Assembly (NCBI GenBank): GCA_017624025.1
Contig: JAGANY010000038.1
Coordinates: forward strand, 1,759-65,758
Direction of reading: 5' to 3'
Source: Ruminiclostridium sp.
GTDB lineage: Bacteria; Bacillota; Clostridia; Oscillospirales; Ruminococcaceae
DNA length: 64,000 bases
Under the pieces are notes generated by a model. That model was given only the letters and a program-made list of their open reading frames with translations. It made no database searches and was not told the origin of the DNA. The position numbers and the translations under genes were made by a program. Positions 29,401 to 37,943 of this stretch are shown one piece after another (the stretch's first letter is position 1; each line of letters opens with the position of its first letter).

Positions 29401-29687
29401 TTCTTACGCTTTCTGATGAAAAGGATTTTTCGTTCAGCTTCAATGACCGTCCCTATATAAGCGTAATTCCCGATTGTTCTGCTGAGTATTCGGACAGCAC
29501 AGGAGAGCTTGTGGAAATAGGATATATAAAGAATAATTTTGCAACAGAGCTTTATTCAGGAAAGCTTCCTCCCGAAGGCCTTAATCTTGAGTTTATACCT
29601 CCCGAAAACGGCGAATATCGTTTCTATATTCTGAATTGCTCTGAAAATATTCAGAACTACAAGCTTGTAGGAATAGCGGTATCATAA
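26412..29687 (+). CDS. Giant (1091 aa) anti-sigma factor with a modular extracellular region
   Basis: IFDKLDTRYINE N-terminus, one TM, ATGA overlap with the sigma; shares a domain with 18847..22524. Confidence 0.75.
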   Translation: MSKNNGFWDKIFDKLDTRYINEVSDEINKNLADEGELHEIIVDRPKGKKIKWRVPMAITAAAVLIAGGLTFRGKFTGLEKPAVSVENTTGYGYATVYKNEKYYIDISLYDNNWVTETTIELIELINSIELHKTEYAPKIYEEENFTIRLEKQDGSEDIIRVEECYKDGVEPYYFLTKNDVIYEVSEEDYYAVYSLFGKFTNILVPVNMSGNYYLNDNVYLTLDSSVKSITLKGSEAYDFIFEQEMTNAGVTEASETFKKEIDGIYKKYSDTVFYEIFISEGGALSKLNEGYRYELRLPDDDYIKPVFYYNNGSTNKISFYGYEFKREKVTQIEYTHEFHSAKINFTELDEVHSLGINGIAMPFEDEAKAKEFYSSFTGNDGIERIGETILEDASFEPSTYCDMSNDTKYAFLSYKTEDDGILYITACVDETDKRKIRLPWDTKLYFPENNETVFSKITDYDGKELDVKIGGVRCGSEYYYLAEWMKDGLNYCVSTKNISVVDFLDVLATLIIDTDEIGGANFQYVDIPSDKSLYTLDFQIFYDSFRGIWTLNEDRYISPDGAVSSIYTADPIKEINLGWNDNLFSYTENDLIGFYRTDYASYMLGESIVCVVIDNDPDTMYMYPVANTAVGYETSGEWLEYTKTSDGDVMGFTGMYGRLGFLELCENCNIDPEWIFDTVVVDKDGNHWTRPRDRFVDFPDVGVSKRQYGEIMLHIELTCSETRERKYFSFSFKGDDLKSEEGDIPVMSDEHYPYDPGILSVEAFPTELALEVYEDVQKKAEEYSGYSFVTEVEFYPCPDGSYYAVRVMGSNQAQWLSDFEVLYNDGNGYTVISDEYTTFMGMVICASEENRFYIAYKNGNETDDEIFIDCIVNGNVVSSYELPYAEGDNNVSGLSVSDKELTVEYEIYSSTGLENRYVKIGYDDPYNPELLASSGVVTAEPEQQEPLSGYRQIQEVGTHLHFNSITPSYMSMPREGMYEITANEASNIAYANGEMIVLTLSDEKDFSFSFNDRPYISVIPDCSAEYSDSTGELVEIGYIKNNFATELYSGKLPPEGLNLEFIPPENGEYRFYILNCSENIQNYKLVGIAVS

Positions 29688-29698
29688 AATTTTTGATT

Positions 29699-29752
29699 TT
29701 AACAATTCTTAAACATTTCCTAAAACTTTCGTTAACAACACCCCTGTATAAT
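29699..29752 (+). promoter_or_regulatory. Response-regulator-activated promoter with four TTAACA-like repeats
   Basis: TTAACA 29699, TAAACA 29710, TAAAAC 29721, TTAACA 29732 (11-bp period); TATAAT 29747; no -35. Confidence 0.65.
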
Positions 29753-29793
29753 AAAGCCATAATCCAAAACAAAAACTTAAGGAGGACTTTATT

Positions 29794-30174
29794 ATGAACA
29801 GAAACGATGCAGAATTTATTGTACAGAAGATACGTACACCGTATATGGAAAAGGACAGCTCCGAGAAGGAGCTCGATATGCTCCGTGAACTTGATGCAGA
29901 GGTTAAATGCCCCGCAAATGTTTTCGGCTATGTTTTCGGAAGCATCGGTGCAATCGTTATGGGTGCGGGAATGAGCCTTGTGATGACCGATATCGGCACA
30001 GTAATCGGTATGGAAAATACTATGGTTATTGGTATTGTAATCGGTGTTATAGGAATGATAATGGCTATAGTAAATTACCCGATTTATAAGAAAAATTTAG
30101 CCTCCCGAAGAGAAAAGTATGCCGACAGAATCTTAAAGCTCAGCGAAAAGATTATGGGAAGAGAGGATAAGTAA
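29794..30174 (+). CDS. Small 2-TM membrane protein of unknown function
   Basis: LRELDAEVK, GSIGAIVMGAGMSLVM, NYPIYK; AAGGAGG RBS. Confidence 0.75.
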   Translation: MNRNDAEFIVQKIRTPYMEKDSSEKELDMLRELDAEVKCPANVFGYVFGSIGAIVMGAGMSLVMTDIGTVIGMENTMVIGIVIGVIGMIMAIVNYPIYKKNLASRREKYADRILKLSEKIMGREDK

Positions 30175-30176
30175 GA

Positions 30177-30365
30177 ATGGCTGAATCAAAATTTATAAAA
30201 GCAAATAAAAAAATAGAAGACGCTGTTGTTGGCGGATATAAGAAAATCGAGAACGCTGTTGTTTCCGGTTATACAAAGGTTGAGGATAAGTTTGTTGAAA
30301 GTTTTCTTACAAAAGAAGGCGAAAGCACAGCTGAAGCAAAAGAACGATTAAAAAAGAATATCTGA
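30177..30365 (+). CDS. 62-aa protein with three 11-residue amphipathic repeats
   Basis: KKIEDAVVGGY/KKIENAVVSGY/TKVEDKFVESF; GAGGA RBS. Confidence 0.7.
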   Translation: MAESKFIKANKKIEDAVVGGYKKIENAVVSGYTKVEDKFVESFLTKEGESTAEAKERLKKNI

Positions 30366-30371
30366 ATAAAA

Positions 30372-30402
30372 ATCGGGCAGTTCATCTGAACTGCCCTTTT
30401 TG
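30372..30402. terminator. Bidirectional terminator
   Basis: GGGCAGTTCA-TC-TGAACTGCCC plus T-run. Confidence 0.8.
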
Positions 30403-30413
30403 TTTATAAGAAC

Positions 30414-30782
30414 TTATTTCATAAGCTCATCGGTAAGTCTTAAGACTTCGTCTGCAATCTTTTCACGTTCTTTTTTTATTATAAGATTATAGACGGGATA
30501 TGCCGATGAGACTGCTCCGATACCTATTACACCGATAATAATACCGATTGCAAATAAATCTGTCCATACCATACAAAAGCTCATTCCTGTACCGAGTATA
30601 AGTGCTCCGACAATGCCGATGACAAGCGAAACGGTAGTTCCTTTACGTGTTACGCTTTCATCAAGACGGCGGAGCTGTTCCATTTTATCCGGTTCCTTCG
30701 GAGAATACTTTTCTCTTATTTTTCTTATCTCTTCCTGCTGGCTGGCAGAGTATGTGTAGCTGAAATTATCTTTATTTTCCAT
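30414..30782 (-). CDS. Small 2-TM membrane protein, paralog of 29794..30174
   Basis: IRKIREKY, LRRLDESV, GIVGALILGTGMSFCM, AYPVY. Confidence 0.75.
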   Translation of the reverse strand: MENKDNFSYTYSASQQEEIRKIREKYSPKEPDKMEQLRRLDESVTRKGTTVSLVIGIVGALILGTGMSFCMVWTDLFAIGIIIGVIGIGAVSSAYPVYNLIIKKEREKIADEVLRLTDELMK

Positions 30783-31668
30783 AATCGTTCTCCATTATTC
30801 TGTTTATCTCTTTTGAGTTTTTAACGATGCTGTAAACTGACATTGTGATTATAATAATGCTTACGCCTGCCCCTGTAAGCATAATCATTAGACTTTGGTT
30901 TTGGGGGCTCATATCTTCTCCGAATGCGGAAAACATAGCTGTTTCGAGAGAAAGCATAGAAACGAGTGCCGCTGCCATACTTATTATTTTAGCCATAGAC
31001 ATTACAGGGCTTCCGAGCTTTCTGTATTTTATGAGGTTTTTAATTGCAAAGGCTGTTATCCAGAAGGTGTATGCCGCCATAACGTAAATAAGTATTCCGT
31101 TGTATTCATATCCCTTGTTCTGATACAGTATCATAAGTACCGCTCCCGATAAGGAAAGGTTTACCGTAAGAAGAATATATCCGCAAAGCCTTGAACGTCT
31201 TAGTTCTTTAAAACGGTTTTTTCCGATTCCTGTGCTGTGTGCGAATCTCACAAGAAGAAATCTCATAAGAGCAAGAATCGTATAGTAAAAAGCAAGGATA
31301 TAGAACCAGGCGGATTTATATATTAATCCCGAAACGATATTTAAAGCTACATACAGAAGATTTACCGCAAGCGAACCATAAAGAGTTATATGTGTACGGA
31401 ATTTCATATCCGTCATAAAGCGTTCGCCTGTAGGATTGTCATAAACTGCTTTTTTTGCATATCTGTAGTGCTTCGGAATAGTAATTATGCACCGCATAAC
31501 TACAACCGTAAGGGTATAGAATGACAAGACATAAGCTGCATAAGCGAGCGGATGATGTTCATAGCCTTTAAGGAAAATTAGTATAAGAGAGGCTGTACAA
31601 ATCGGCACAAGCAGGCTTATTACCCACACAGGCGGATATAAAAGCTTAATCAGCTTTTTCAGTTCCAA
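30772..31668 (-). CDS. Multi-pass membrane protein of unknown function
   Basis: ~8 hydrophobic segments; TTG start at 31668 after AAGGAG. Confidence 0.7.
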   Translation of the reverse strand: MELKKLIKLLYPPVWVISLLVPICTASLILIFLKGYEHHPLAYAAYVLSFYTLTVVVMRCIITIPKHYRYAKKAVYDNPTGERFMTDMKFRTHITLYGSLAVNLLYVALNIVSGLIYKSAWFYILAFYYTILALMRFLLVRFAHSTGIGKNRFKELRRSRLCGYILLTVNLSLSGAVLMILYQNKGYEYNGILIYVMAAYTFWITAFAIKNLIKYRKLGSPVMSMAKIISMAAALVSMLSLETAMFSAFGEDMSPQNQSLMIMLTGAGVSIIIITMSVYSIVKNSKEINRIMENDYGK

Positions 31669-32743
31669 TTGTTTCACTCCTTTTAAGCGTAACTTTAAAG
31701 GCCGTACCTTTTCCGACGGAGCTTTCAACAGCAATTTCGCCCTGCATAATATCCACAACTCTTTTTACGAGAGCGAGTCCGAGTCCGTTTCCCATTGTAG
31801 CATGGGAGGTGTCGCCCTGGTAGAATTTTTCGAATATATGCTTACCTGTTTCGGGAGAGATTCCACAGCCCGTGTCGGTAACGGCAACGGTAACGTAATT
31901 GCTGTCAGCAGTAAGGGAAACGCTTACTTTTCCGCCGTTGTCAGTGAATTTGAAAGCGTTGGAAAGAAGATTGTTCCATACGAGAGAGAGAAGCTCCGAA
32001 TCCGAGTCGATATATATTTTGTCCTCGATTTCTGTTTCAATATCAATGCCTTTTTCATCCCATATATCTTCGAACTGAAGAAGACATTGACACAGCTGTT
32101 CGCTAAGGTCATACCGTTCAGATACGGGGAATATCTGTTGGTTTTCGAGCTTGTTGAGTTTTAAAATGTTGGTGATAAGGCTTGCGAGCCTTTTTGAATT
32201 ATCGGTTATGCCTTTTGCGTATTCAATACGTTTTTCATCGGATAGTCCGGGAGCTTGCAGCATAGTTCCGTAGTTCTGCATTACCGCCAGAGGCGTTTTA
32301 AGCTCGTGTGAAACGTTGGCGATAAAGTCGGTACGAAGGGTTTCTACGCTTCCGAGCTCTTCGGATAATTTATTGAAGCAGTCTATGATACTGTTGAAGC
32401 TTTCGTATGCGTAGCTGTCTCCGAAGGGCTGTATGCGTACGGAAAAATCTCCGTCCGTAAGCTTTTTTCCTGCATCGGTTATCCTTTTTGTGGGGCGGTC
32501 AACCATAAGCTTTCTTCGTGCCGCATCGATAATTGTGAATAATAAGCTTATGAGTATTACGTTTCCGAAGGTAAGCTTAGCGGCTGTAGAAATATTCTCT
32601 TCGGTAAATACTATGCCGAGGGTTTCGGACATAATAGTTATGAACAGCGTCATACAGCAGGTTACAACGAACGCTGCAAGAAGAAAGAACACGAACCAGT
32701 TGTTAAGAATATAGAATATTCTTTTGAAATTTATCTTTTTCAT
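31646..32743 (-). CDS. HAMP-domain sensor histidine kinase
   Basis: NVSHELKTPL, NLLSNAFKFT, DTGCGI, GNGLGLAL. Confidence 0.93.
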   Translation of the reverse strand: MKKINFKRIFYILNNWFVFFLLAAFVVTCCMTLFITIMSETLGIVFTEENISTAAKLTFGNVILISLLFTIIDAARRKLMVDRPTKRITDAGKKLTDGDFSVRIQPFGDSYAYESFNSIIDCFNKLSEELGSVETLRTDFIANVSHELKTPLAVMQNYGTMLQAPGLSDEKRIEYAKGITDNSKRLASLITNILKLNKLENQQIFPVSERYDLSEQLCQCLLQFEDIWDEKGIDIETEIEDKIYIDSDSELLSLVWNNLLSNAFKFTDNGGKVSVSLTADSNYVTVAVTDTGCGISPETGKHIFEKFYQGDTSHATMGNGLGLALVKRVVDIMQGEIAVESSVGKGTAFKVTLKRSETIGTEKAD

Positions 32744-33411
32744 TTTATTACCGCCTTGTACCCGAGTCCGTGTACAGTAACTATTTCGAAGTCTGTACAG
32801 GCTGAAAGCTTGCTTCTTAGCTTAGTCATATAAACATCAACAGCACGGGGCGCGGTCTCTGTATCAGCGTCCCAGAATTCATCCATAAGCTGAGTTCTTG
32901 TAAATGTCTTTTTCGGGTAAGATAAAAGCTTATAGAGAATGCTGAATTCTCTTGCTGTCATCTGTATTTCTTCGTCACCGAGATATGCTGTGTGTTCGTC
33001 AGCGTCCATAACAAAGCTTCCTATTTCAAGCTTGTGGCTTGAAGCAATCTTTGCACGGCGGAGAAGTGCACCGATGCGGAGAAATAATTCATCAAGGTCT
33101 ATGGGCTTTACCATATAGTCGTCTATTCCCACACGATAGCCCCGTTGTTTTGAAGCAAAGTCATCCCGTGCGGTCATAAAGAGAATAGGTATTTCGGTAT
33201 TTGTGGAGCGTACTGTTCTTGCGAACTCGAAGCCGTCTGTGCCGGGCATCATAATGTCCGAAATAATAAGGTCGAATACATTTTCATACATAGCGTCATA
33301 AGCTTCATCGGCACTTAAACAGCCTGTGGCTTCATAACCGTTCTGATTTAAAAAAGTACATACCGTACGGTTCATTTCACGTTCATCTTCAACTACCAGT
33401 ATCTTGAACAT
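32740..33411 (-). CDS. OmpR-family response regulator
   Basis: VVEDE, SDIMMP, DDYMVKP, TVHGLGYK. Confidence 0.93.
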   Translation of the reverse strand: MFKILVVEDEREMNRTVCTFLNQNGYEATGCLSADEAYDAMYENVFDLIISDIMMPGTDGFEFARTVRSTNTEIPILFMTARDDFASKQRGYRVGIDDYMVKPIDLDELFLRIGALLRRAKIASSHKLEIGSFVMDADEHTAYLGDEEIQMTAREFSILYKLLSYPKKTFTRTQLMDEFWDADTETAPRAVDVYMTKLRSKLSACTDFEIVTVHGLGYKAVIK

Positions 33412-33451
33412 AGCTCTGCCTCCAATGGTTTTTAAAATAGTAGCATAGAAA

Positions 33452-33468
33452 TGTTAAAGTTTTGTTAA
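33452..33468 (-). promoter_or_regulatory. TTAACA-N5-TTAACA probable autoregulatory site
   Basis: Same hexamer and 11-bp period as at 29699-29737. Confidence 0.6.
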
Positions 33469-33534
33469 CATTAGCTGTCCGAAGAAAAGTTTATCAAAAA
33501 AGAATACCTCTGTCAATAAGAATACGGTTTCGGC

Positions 33535-33740
33535 AGAGGTGTTTGTTGTCATTATTGAGGGAATCCTTTTGAAAAAGGGGTTTGCCGGGGGTTTCCTTCC
33601 GAAAACTTTCAGTTTAAAATTAAGACCAATAGGATTAATCCTATTGGTCTTAATTTTATATTAAAAGTCTTTGGAAGAGGGTTCGGGAGAAAGCCTTTCT
33701 TCAGAAAGGTTTCTCCTGATAACCGCCAACAAATATTTCT
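33535..33740. repeat. REPIN/MITE-like long palindromic element, copy 1
   Basis: Core nearly identical to 52585-52752; central perfect hairpin TAAAATTAAGACCAATAGGATT/AATCCTATTGGTCTTAATTTTA. Confidence 0.85.
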
Positions 33741-35911
33741 ATAAATACATATTTTATTTCGCTTCCGCCCCATTCAACAGCGGTAAAGCCGTTTCTTTCA
33801 TATTCGGGGAGAAGCTGAGGCTTTGTTTCTATGGGCTTGTCGGAGCCGTAATATGTCATAAATACCCTTATGAGCGTATCTGGAGCAGGTGAGATTTCGA
33901 GAGGTGAAATATCGTTGTACTCATCGGTATGGAATGAAATAATATTATATTCATTGTCCTTCATACGAGGGAGCCAGTATATAATAAATTCATTCGCTTC
34001 TCTTGCTGTAAGACCGATACCCATAAGCTTTTCACGCAAGAATTCTGCTGTGTCTTCGCCCTTTACACAGAAGCCTTCGTTTGAGCTTGGCATTCGTCCG
34101 AGATCGGCTTCCCAATAAAGACAGTAGTATTCGTTTCCGTCTCTGTCATAAATTGTTCCGTCGGGCATAGCTGTTACATTCCAGCCGCCATTATATTCGG
34201 GATATGTACAGGTAAACTGTCCGCCGTAAGGGAAATGAACCTTAACACTTATATCTGTTTCTACTTCGGGATAGAGATAAAGTACAGGCTTTTCGGCTGC
34301 TACTTCTTTATAAACAAATTCTGCAACAGGCACATCTGCTTCCTTCTGCTTATCCAGGTCGGCTTTTATAATAAGATTAAGAAATGCTGTTTCAAAGGGC
34401 AGATATTCGAGAGAGTAGGGGGAATATGAGGCTATAAAAATCTGTTCGGAATCGGGGACGAAGTATTTCTTCGCTGTCCCTTCCATAATTTTTTCGTAAA
34501 ATTCGTATAACCAGCCTTGATGTTTGTATCCGTTCCATTCGTATATGTTCATTTCTTCTCCGCTGTATGGGTTTGTTGATTCTGTAATTTCGGGTACGAC
34601 TTCTTCGCCCAGACAGTAGCATTTATCACTTTCAAAATTTTTACCGCATAGAATTTCCTTTTCGATTTTTCCGCCGTTAAGGGTTATAAACATATAACCC
34701 TCTTCCTGTAAAACCGTCGGGTTTGAAATATCGTTATAGGCGTTGTAATGTATTGCCCAGCCTCTTTTACCGTTATAGTAAGCCTCCTGTAAGGAGTTTA
34801 ATGCAATAGTGTCAAGCTTTTTAAGCTTTCCGTTTTCCGTGTCATAGAAGTTCACAGGCTGATGATTAAGGAAATAATCGCTTGTACAGTGCGGTACAAG
34901 TATCTCGTCTGTTCCGTCAAAATCCAGGTCAACGAGCATAAGCTGAGGGGAGAAGTAGTACTGTGGCTTGTTAAGGGCTTCGATTTCGCTTTTTGCAGTT
35001 TTCAGACCTTTATAGGTTTCATTATCCTTGTAATATTCATCAAAAAACGAACGGTCAATAACCGAGTCGGTGTCTGTGGTTATGGTTTTAACGCTGTATA
35101 AATCCGCACTGCATATATATCCGCTTTCTGTGTTGCATTGTACCCAGAGATGAGCGAAAATTACCTTTGCATAAACATAAGCATCTGTATTTATATCTGA
35201 AAGGGTATTTGAAAAACTGCTGGTTACCTTTATTGTATCTCCGTAAAATTCTGTTCCGTTAACATTGAATTTCATAAAGTCCGTATCCGGCGACCATAAT
35301 GGTATATCATCCATACAGGCGGGGTCAATTATGAATTCGTAATCGGTATCGCTGTTCTTTTTTACAAAAGCATATTTAACCATAATACTGTCATAACTGT
35401 TATAGCTGACATTTTCTTCGCCTGTGTAAATTGTATCCTCGGTTATTTCGGTGACTTTAATCCGCTTTTCATCGAAATAGAAGTTCTCGTTTATGTTAAT
35501 ATGAGTGTTTTCAACAGCGGTTGTAAACTGCTCATCGCATTCCGCCGATAACATACCCGAAGAAGCTCTTGCGAGATAGGAGGGAGTTTCCGTAAAGATA
35601 TAATCTCCGTTGATTCTTGTAATATCACGTGTGCTTACTTTCCAGTCATAGAAGCGGTATTCATAAAGCTCCCCTGCAGGTACATCGGATATACTTTTAT
35701 ACTTAGTCTTTTGAGAAGTCTCGGAATCTGTAACAGCAGGCTTTTCTGTTGTCTCTGCAAGAGAAACAGTGGTTTGTCTCTCTGACATTGCAGTTGTGGT
35801 TTCTGCCACTGCTGTTGTCGTTTCGGTTTCATTAAGCGGTGTTGTACTACCGCATCCGCTTATAAGTGCCGAAGCTATAAACAATGATAAAAATCTTATA
35901 TGCTTTTTCAT
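33701..35911 (-). CDS. Lipoprotein with a C-terminal 'KPVLYLYP...VEWGG' domain; its stop codon lies inside the palindromic repeat
   Basis: LISGC lipobox; Thr-rich linker; DLDFDGTDE Ca-loop-like motif; paralog of 1..2084. Confidence 0.85.
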   Translation of the reverse strand: MKKHIRFLSLFIASALISGCGSTTPLNETETTTAVAETTTAMSERQTTVSLAETTEKPAVTDSETSQKTKYKSISDVPAGELYEYRFYDWKVSTRDITRINGDYIFTETPSYLARASSGMLSAECDEQFTTAVENTHININENFYFDEKRIKVTEITEDTIYTGEENVSYNSYDSIMVKYAFVKKNSDTDYEFIIDPACMDDIPLWSPDTDFMKFNVNGTEFYGDTIKVTSSFSNTLSDINTDAYVYAKVIFAHLWVQCNTESGYICSADLYSVKTITTDTDSVIDRSFFDEYYKDNETYKGLKTAKSEIEALNKPQYYFSPQLMLVDLDFDGTDEILVPHCTSDYFLNHQPVNFYDTENGKLKKLDTIALNSLQEAYYNGKRGWAIHYNAYNDISNPTVLQEEGYMFITLNGGKIEKEILCGKNFESDKCYCLGEEVVPEITESTNPYSGEEMNIYEWNGYKHQGWLYEFYEKIMEGTAKKYFVPDSEQIFIASYSPYSLEYLPFETAFLNLIIKADLDKQKEADVPVAEFVYKEVAAEKPVLYLYPEVETDISVKVHFPYGGQFTCTYPEYNGGWNVTAMPDGTIYDRDGNEYYCLYWEADLGRMPSSNEGFCVKGEDTAEFLREKLMGIGLTAREANEFIIYWLPRMKDNEYNIISFHTDEYNDISPLEISPAPDTLIRVFMTYYGSDKPIETKPQLLPEYERNGFTAVEWGGSEIKYVFIEIFVGGYQEKPF

Positions 35912-35934
35912 AATCTCATCCTTTCTGAAATTAT

Positions 35935-35976
35935 CCTTTCATATATAATAACACCAAAATCTGTAGTTTAGGGACA
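35935..35976 (-). promoter_or_regulatory. Putative ECF-type promoter with no adjacent sigma gene
   Basis: TGTCCC-N17-TGTTATTATATATGAAAGG, same architecture as the motifs upstream of the sigma genes. Confidence 0.4.
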
Positions 35977-36070
35977 TAAATTCTAAAAAAAATATAAATT
36001 CTGTGTTTTCTACAATAAACGGTGTGTGTTTTTGTATAAAATGCAAGACTGGTGTATTATAGGGTTAATA

Positions 36071-36099
36071 TTGATTTTTAAGCTTTTGTGTGCTATAAT
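36071..36099 (+). promoter_or_regulatory. sigmaA promoter
   Basis: TTGATT-17-TGcTATAAT. Confidence 0.7.
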
Positions 36100-36133
36100 T
36101 AACAAAATAAAATCCGTACGGGGGGAGATAAAA

Positions 36134-37924
36134 ATGAAGAAATACATATTATGTTTTTTGTGTGCGGTTCTTGCATTTTTAACGGCTTTTTTTAATGTAT
36201 TCGGCTCGGCAGACACAGCTTTGACGGATATTCTTTATCATAAGCCTACAGGTGTAAACAATAAGATACGAATAATAAAGATTGATGAAAAAACTCTGAA
36301 CAGATACGGAGAGTTTACCGACTGGGACAGAGGCATTTACGCTGACCTCGTGGAAGCTCTCTGTGTATCCGAAGAGGTTCGTCCGGCGGTTATAGGCTTC
36401 GATATACTTTTCAGCAGTGATATGAACGAGGAATCAGATAAACGCTTTGCGGAAGTCTGTGGAAAGTATGATAATGTAGTCTGTGGCTTCGGATATGTTT
36501 TTTCAAAGAAAATTGTCGAGGCTGAGGACGGAACTCTTTACGAGAATCCTATGCACGTTTCGGATGTAGTAATTCCTTATGAAGCTTTGAGAAACGCTAC
36601 AACACAGGGATTTGTAACAGCTTTACTTGATGAATCCGAAGGCTTTATAAGAAAGGCGTTCATATATTTCGATGAAGAAAACGGAGAAAGAAAACGTAGC
36701 TTCAGCTCCGAAATATATGAAAAATATATGGAAAGCTTAGGACTCGAACCCGAATATAAAACAGACGATTATGCACTTACTCTCCGTTACAGCGGCGGTG
36801 TTTCGGCGTACGAAAATATATCGTTGTGTGATGTACTTGACGGGAATATCGACGCTAAAGCATTCGATGACTGTATCGTACTTGTAGGTGCTTATGCTCC
36901 GGGAATGATGGACGCATATTATGTACCTGTTGACCGCGGCCAGCAGATGTACGGGGTTGAGATTCACGCAAACACTATCCAGGCATTTTTAGAAGGAAAG
37001 CATCTTTCAGAGCTTCCCTCGTGGCTTGACGGTATAATTGCGGCAGTAATAGCTGCACTTCTTGTGCTGGTATGCGATAAATTAAGCATAATTCTTGTAG
37101 TAGTCGTATGCTGTGGTACAGCGGTATTGAAGCTTATTGCGGGTGGTCTCGTATTTAACGGCGGATATATATGGGATAACCTTACAGTACCCGTTGTTTC
37201 GGTTATTATTGCAATATACTTTGTAGGTCTTCATTATTATAAGGCAAGAGCTGCAAAGATGAGCATAGAAAAGGCATTCAGTAAATACGTAGCACCACAG
37301 GTTGTAAAGGAAATTGCGAAAAGCGGAACTTATGAGATTAAGCTTGGCGGCGAAAACAGAAATATAGCTGTTCTTTTCGTTGACATCCGAGGCTTTACTC
37401 CTCTTTCGGAAAGTCTTGAGCCGGAGCAGGTTGTAGATATCCTCAACAGCTATCTTGAGCTTACTACAAGCTGTATCTTCCGTCATGGCGGTACTCTTGA
37501 CAAGTTTATCGGTGACGCTACGATGGCGGTTTTCAACGCACCCTTTGATACAGAAGACTATGTTTATAAAGCAGTTCTTGCCGCCTGGGATATAGTAGAG
37601 GGCGGTAATAAGATTGAAGAACAGTTCGTAGAACGTTACGGAAAACACGTAGGCTTTGGCGTAGGCGTAAACTGTGGACCTGCCGTTGTCGGAAATATAG
37701 GCTGTGATTTCAGAATGGACTATACGGCGATAGGCGATACGGTAAATACCGCCGCAAGACTTGAAGCAAACGCACCGCGAGGAACTGTCTATATAAGCGA
37801 TTCCGTATATGAACAGGTCAAGGACAGAATTACAGTAGAGGAAGTCGGTGAAATACCGCTTAAGGGTAAGTCAAAGGGCGTTTTCGTATATTCTGTAACA
37901 GGAATAAACGAAGCAGATAAATAA
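36134..37924 (+). CDS. CHASE2-domain class III adenylate/guanylate cyclase
   Basis: IGFDILFS, GVEIHANTI (CHASE2); 3 TM; LFVDIRGFT, DKFIGDA, YTAIGDTVNTAARLE. Confidence 0.92.
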   Translation: MKKYILCFLCAVLAFLTAFFNVFGSADTALTDILYHKPTGVNNKIRIIKIDEKTLNRYGEFTDWDRGIYADLVEALCVSEEVRPAVIGFDILFSSDMNEESDKRFAEVCGKYDNVVCGFGYVFSKKIVEAEDGTLYENPMHVSDVVIPYEALRNATTQGFVTALLDESEGFIRKAFIYFDEENGERKRSFSSEIYEKYMESLGLEPEYKTDDYALTLRYSGGVSAYENISLCDVLDGNIDAKAFDDCIVLVGAYAPGMMDAYYVPVDRGQQMYGVEIHANTIQAFLEGKHLSELPSWLDGIIAAVIAALLVLVCDKLSIILVVVVCCGTAVLKLIAGGLVFNGGYIWDNLTVPVVSVIIAIYFVGLHYYKARAAKMSIEKAFSKYVAPQVVKEIAKSGTYEIKLGGENRNIAVLFVDIRGFTPLSESLEPEQVVDILNSYLELTTSCIFRHGGTLDKFIGDATMAVFNAPFDTEDYVYKAVLAAWDIVEGGNKIEEQFVERYGKHVGFGVGVNCGPAVVGNIGCDFRMDYTAIGDTVNTAARLEANAPRGTVYISDSVYEQVKDRITVEEVGEIPLKGKSKGVFVYSVTGINEADK

Positions 37925-37943
37925 CGAATTTACGGAGGCGGTT

